From: an uncultured Pseudomonadales bacterium
GTDB taxonomy: Bacteria > Pseudomonadota > Gammaproteobacteria > Pseudomonadales > Pseudohongiellaceae
Reading direction: 5' to 3'
DNA length: 64,000 bases
NCBI GenBank assembly: GCA_905478195.1
Contig: CAJQHM010000001.1
Coordinates: 126-64,125 of the forward strand
Each line of letters opens with the position of its first letter. Position 1 is the stretch's first letter. The notes below the pieces were generated by a model. It saw only the letters and a program-made list of their open reading frames with translations, was not told where the DNA came from and did no database searches. A program made the position numbers and the translations under genes. Below are positions 60,742 through 64,000 of the stretch, piece by piece.

Positions 60742-61593
60742 TTATTGCTGCGCCTGCCATAATTCATTGTCTTCGCTGACTCGCCCTTCCTGCTGCAACT
60801 TAATCAAATGCGCCATCAGTGTCTTCTTTGCCCAGGGTATCAACTGCGGGGAAACATCGTCGTAAACCGTAACTACTAACTCATCCAGACTACAAGCGCC
60901 TAGACTATCGAGCCCGGCAAGCACCTTCTGCTCGCGCTTCAGCCTGTGAGCTATGAGCTTCTCAATTTCAGCATAGGGCTGGAACATCACATCGCCATGA
61001 GCTGGAGCGAGCAGCTTGAGCGGAATCGTTAAGAGACGCTCTAAAGCCTCTAGATAGGCTGCCATATCCCCATCTGGGGGCAGAATAACCGGGGTCGTGC
61101 CCTGCAACACATGATCGCCGGTGAATAACAGCTGCTCATCACGCAGCAGAAAGCAGATATGATTGGACACATGCCCGGGGGTAGCAATCAGCTGTATTTT
61201 GTACTCGCCACAATCGACAATATCCTCATCAGAAAACAGCCTGTCGGGAACGAAGGTCTTGTCGTGACCCGCCACATCGGGCGCTTTCAGCCCAATCAGT
61301 CTGGCACCGGTGGCTTCGTGCAAGGCCAACGCACCCGGCGAGTGGTCAGCGTGAGTGTGGGTAATGAGTATATTCTCCAGGGTGGCATCGCCAATGGCTT
61401 CCAGAAAGCTCTGCAGCTGGGCCTCATCACGCGGACCCGGGTCCACCAGAGAAAGCCTCTGCTTGCCTATAAGATAGCTATTTGTTCCCGGCCCCGTCAT
61501 TGGCCCAGGGTTACGCCCGAGCAAACGCCGCACAGGCACATATTCGGTTGCAATTGAAACAGCAACCCCAGCTTCCGACTCTTTCATAGGCAA
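60742..61593 (-). CDS. MBL-fold metallo-hydrolase (LACTB2-like) with C-terminal winged helix
   Basis: NPGPMTGPGTNSY, THTHADH, TPGH, FTGDH, PAHG. Confidence 0.88.
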   Translation of the reverse strand: MPMKESEAGVAVSIATEYVPVRRLLGRNPGPMTGPGTNSYLIGKQRLSLVDPGPRDEAQLQSFLEAIGDATLENILITHTHADHSPGALALHEATGARLIGLKAPDVAGHDKTFVPDRLFSDEDIVDCGEYKIQLIATPGHVSNHICFLLRDEQLLFTGDHVLQGTTPVILPPDGDMAAYLEALERLLTIPLKLLAPAHGDVMFQPYAEIEKLIAHRLKREQKVLAGLDSLGACSLDELVVTVYDDVSPQLIPWAKKTLMAHLIKLQQEGRVSEDNELWQAQQ

Positions 61594-61873
61594 AATTCCC
61601 TCTAATTATTTCACGTCTAGGCTTTTGGCCTTAATACCGCTCAAGCCATCATCAATTTATGGAATTCCGGCTGGAGTTTTGCACCATTTAGCGACATAAT
61701 TGCCCGCTTTATTTTTCAGGATTCCGCAGCACAAAAAGCCTATTTTATTGTCCAGCCGAATCGCCACAAATGATACACCCTCAACGTGAAAACCAACTAA
61801 ATTCTATGCTTTTGGCGCTTTACTATCGGCGCGGCAAGAAATTACTGGTAAACGGCACAGCTCAGGAAACCAA

Positions 61874-63055
61874 ATGTACAAAATCAAGACCTATAATGCG
61901 ATCTCTGAGAAGGGACTGGTACGATTTCCCGTTAGCAACTATCAAGTCGACCCGGACCTCACTGATGCCGATGCTATCCTTCTGCGCAGTCATAAATTAG
62001 ATGCCTCCGCTATCGATGACGGACTGAGAGCGGTAGCTCGAGCTGGCGCTGGCACCAATAATGTCCCGGTAGATGCCTGCACTGATGCGGGTGTTATAGT
62101 ATTTAACACACCCGGCGCCAACGCCAATGCCGTTAAGGAATTGGTCTTATGCGGCCTGCTACTTGCCTCGCGCGGGATTGTTCCCGGTATTGAATTTGCC
62201 AGCACGCAGACAGAGATAACTGACGAGAGCGAACTGTCCAAGCTGATGGAACAGGAGAAGAAGCGCTTCAAGGGAAGTGAAATATCGGGCAAGACGCTGG
62301 GTGTTATTGGATTGGGCGCTATTGGCTCCCTCGTTGCCGAGATGGCTATCGATCTTGGCATGAAGGTACAGGGCTATGATCCAGCCCTATCGGTTGAAGC
62401 CGCCTGGCGTCTGCCGAGCAAGGTTAAGCGCAAAGAGAATATTGCCGCTCTGGTAGCCAGCTCTGATTTCATCTCATTGCACCTGCCGGTGCTAGATTCA
62501 ACACGCGGCCTCATCAACGCCGAAGTTTTTTCTGCTATGCGCAAAGGTGCTTGCCTGGTGAATTTTGCCAGAGATGAGATCGTCGACTCCAAGGCCCTGC
62601 TTGCAGCACTCGAGGATGGCAAACTTGGCAAATATGTCAGCGATTTCCCACGCCCTGAATTGATAGGTAGAGATGATGTTATTTCCATGCCTCACATAGG
62701 CGCGAGCACGAATGAGGCCGAGGAAAACTGCGCAATCATGGCCGCTGACCAACTGACGGACTTCCTGGAAAACGGGAATATCAAGAACTCGGTAAATTTT
62801 CCGAATTTGTTTCTGGACCGAAGCTCGGACGCAGCTAGCTGCACCCGTTTAGCCATCTGCAATCGCAACGTTCCGAAGATACTCGGTCAAATTCTATCGG
62901 TGTTGGCAGATCAGAATATCAACGTGTTGGATATGCTGAACAAGAGTCGTAATGATGTTGCCTACAATCTGATCGATCTTGAGTCGCAACCCTCCGAGGA
63001 TGCCTTGACCGCAATCGCACAGATAGACGATGTTATTAAGGTAACTCTTCTTTAG
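61874..63055 (+). CDS. serA: D-3-phosphoglycerate dehydrogenase with C-terminal ACT domain
   Basis: RAGAGTNN, NTPGANANAV, GLGAIG, PHIGAST; adjacent to serC. Confidence 0.9.
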   Translation: MYKIKTYNAISEKGLVRFPVSNYQVDPDLTDADAILLRSHKLDASAIDDGLRAVARAGAGTNNVPVDACTDAGVIVFNTPGANANAVKELVLCGLLLASRGIVPGIEFASTQTEITDESELSKLMEQEKKRFKGSEISGKTLGVIGLGAIGSLVAEMAIDLGMKVQGYDPALSVEAAWRLPSKVKRKENIAALVASSDFISLHLPVLDSTRGLINAEVFSAMRKGACLVNFARDEIVDSKALLAALEDGKLGKYVSDFPRPELIGRDDVISMPHIGASTNEAEENCAIMAADQLTDFLENGNIKNSVNFPNLFLDRSSDAASCTRLAICNRNVPKILGQILSVLADQNINVLDMLNKSRNDVAYNLIDLESQPSEDALTAIAQIDDVIKVTLL

Positions 63056-63118
63056 CTTATCCACTTAAGTGCAGTACAGCTTATTACTTCAACTAACAAT
63101 ACAACTGGAAATCAAACA

Positions 63119-64000
63119 ATGACTCGAGTTTTCAATTTTGGCGCAGGACCGGCGATGCTTCCCACTTTTGTAATGGAGACAGCGCAGCGCGAATTCATGA
63201 ACTTTCACGATATGGGCGCCGGCATCATTGAAATCAGCCATCGCTCGAAGGAATTCGACGCCGTATTAAATCGCTGCGACGAACTACTCAAAGAGCTCGC
63301 CGGAATTCCTGACAACTACAAGATACTCTATGTACACGGCGGCGCCCAGATGCAGTTTTCCGCCATCCCGTTAAACCTCCTCGGCCTAAGCCCGTCCAAG
63401 TCGGCGAGCTATATAGAAACAGGTACCTGGGGCGTCAAAGCCCGCAAGGAAGCAGCGCGCTATGGCAATGCAACGACAGCGGCAAGCAGCGCAGACACAG
63501 GCTTCGATCGCATTCCCGAATTCGATTGTGCGAGTCTGCCGGCGGACACAGCCTATCTGCACATTACCAGCAACAACACACTGTATGGGACGCGCTGGCA
63601 TAGCTTCCCGCAGACAGGTGACATCCCGCTCGTCGCCGACATGACCTCGGAGTTTTTGTCGCGCGAAATCGACATCAGCCAATTCGGAATCATCTTTGCT
63701 GGCCTGCAGAAAAATCTGGGCCCCGCCGGTCTCGCCTGTGTAATTGTGCGTGAAGACCTGCTTGGCCATGCACTGAAAGAGACACCTGCACTGTTGGACT
63801 ACAGCGTCTACGCAAAAAGCCATTCGCTCTCGAACACCAATAACACCTTCGCTATCTATATGATGGGGCTAGTGCTCGAGTGGATCAAAGAACAGGGCGG
63901 CGTAGCAAAGCTGGAGGAGCAGAACAACGCCAAAGCAAAACTACTGTATGACGTAGTCGACGCTAGTGACTTCTACCTGGGCGTAGCCGACCCAGCGCAC
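63119..64000 (+). CDS. serC: Phosphoserine aminotransferase (runs off window end)
   Basis: Not in ORF track. MTRVFNFGAGPAMLP...EISHRSKEF...ADMTS...AGLQKNLGPAG (PLP Lys). Confidence 0.93.
   Translation, partial: MTRVFNFGAGPAMLPTFVMETAQREFMNFHDMGAGIIEISHRSKEFDAVLNRCDELLKELAGIPDNYKILYVHGGAQMQFSAIPLNLLGLSPSKSASYIETGTWGVKARKEAARYGNATTAASSADTGFDRIPEFDCASLPADTAYLHITSNNTLYGTRWHSFPQTGDIPLVADMTSEFLSREIDISQFGIIFAGLQKNLGPAGLACVIVREDLLGHALKETPALLDYSVYAKSHSLSNTNNTFAIYMMGLVLEWIKEQGGVAKLEEQNNAKAKLLYDVVDASDFYLGVADPAH

Noticed and set aside
61700..61873. Possible glycine/serine riboswitch upstream of serA (contains CTCAGG)
   Set aside because: The other conserved glycine-aptamer elements are not evident and no convincing fold was found

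Overview
A mostly core-genome window from a Gammaproteobacterium. Gene order resembles Pseudomonadales/Cellvibrionales, plausibly an oligotrophic marine lineage (inference). It holds pssA(partial)/ilvC/ilvHI, clpB-pgeF-rluD/bamD, nadE, a PhoPQ-like operon, a desaturase, a TlpA-DUF4266-DUF3570-ApbE flavinylation cluster, miaB-ybeZ-ybeY-corC-leuS-lptE-holA, peptidases, the proA-nadD-rsfS-rlmH-mrdA-rodA-rlpA-dacA-ybeD-lipB-lipA cluster and serA-serC(partial). I saw no tRNA, rRNA, CRISPR array, IS or phage genes. The most notable items are: (1) the ApbE/DUF3570 redox cluster, with an unannotated DUF4266 gene that has no canonical start and is in frame with the tlpA amber stop, two SGAS motifs in DUF3570, and an ApbE with no signal peptide; (2) an in-frame chimera of an ECF sigma N-terminus and DUF3106-like 18-aa repeats; (3) a ~310-nt structured ilvI leader with a possible pseudoknot and Ile/Val/Leu codon clusters; (4) an inverted long-form ilvC inside the ilvIH-pssA locus; (5) decay scars, namely a type IV prepilin remnant with a perfect CRP/Vfr box nearby and a broken 7TM-DISM kinase lacking its phospho-His. 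All family calls come from motif recognition by eye; no searches were run.
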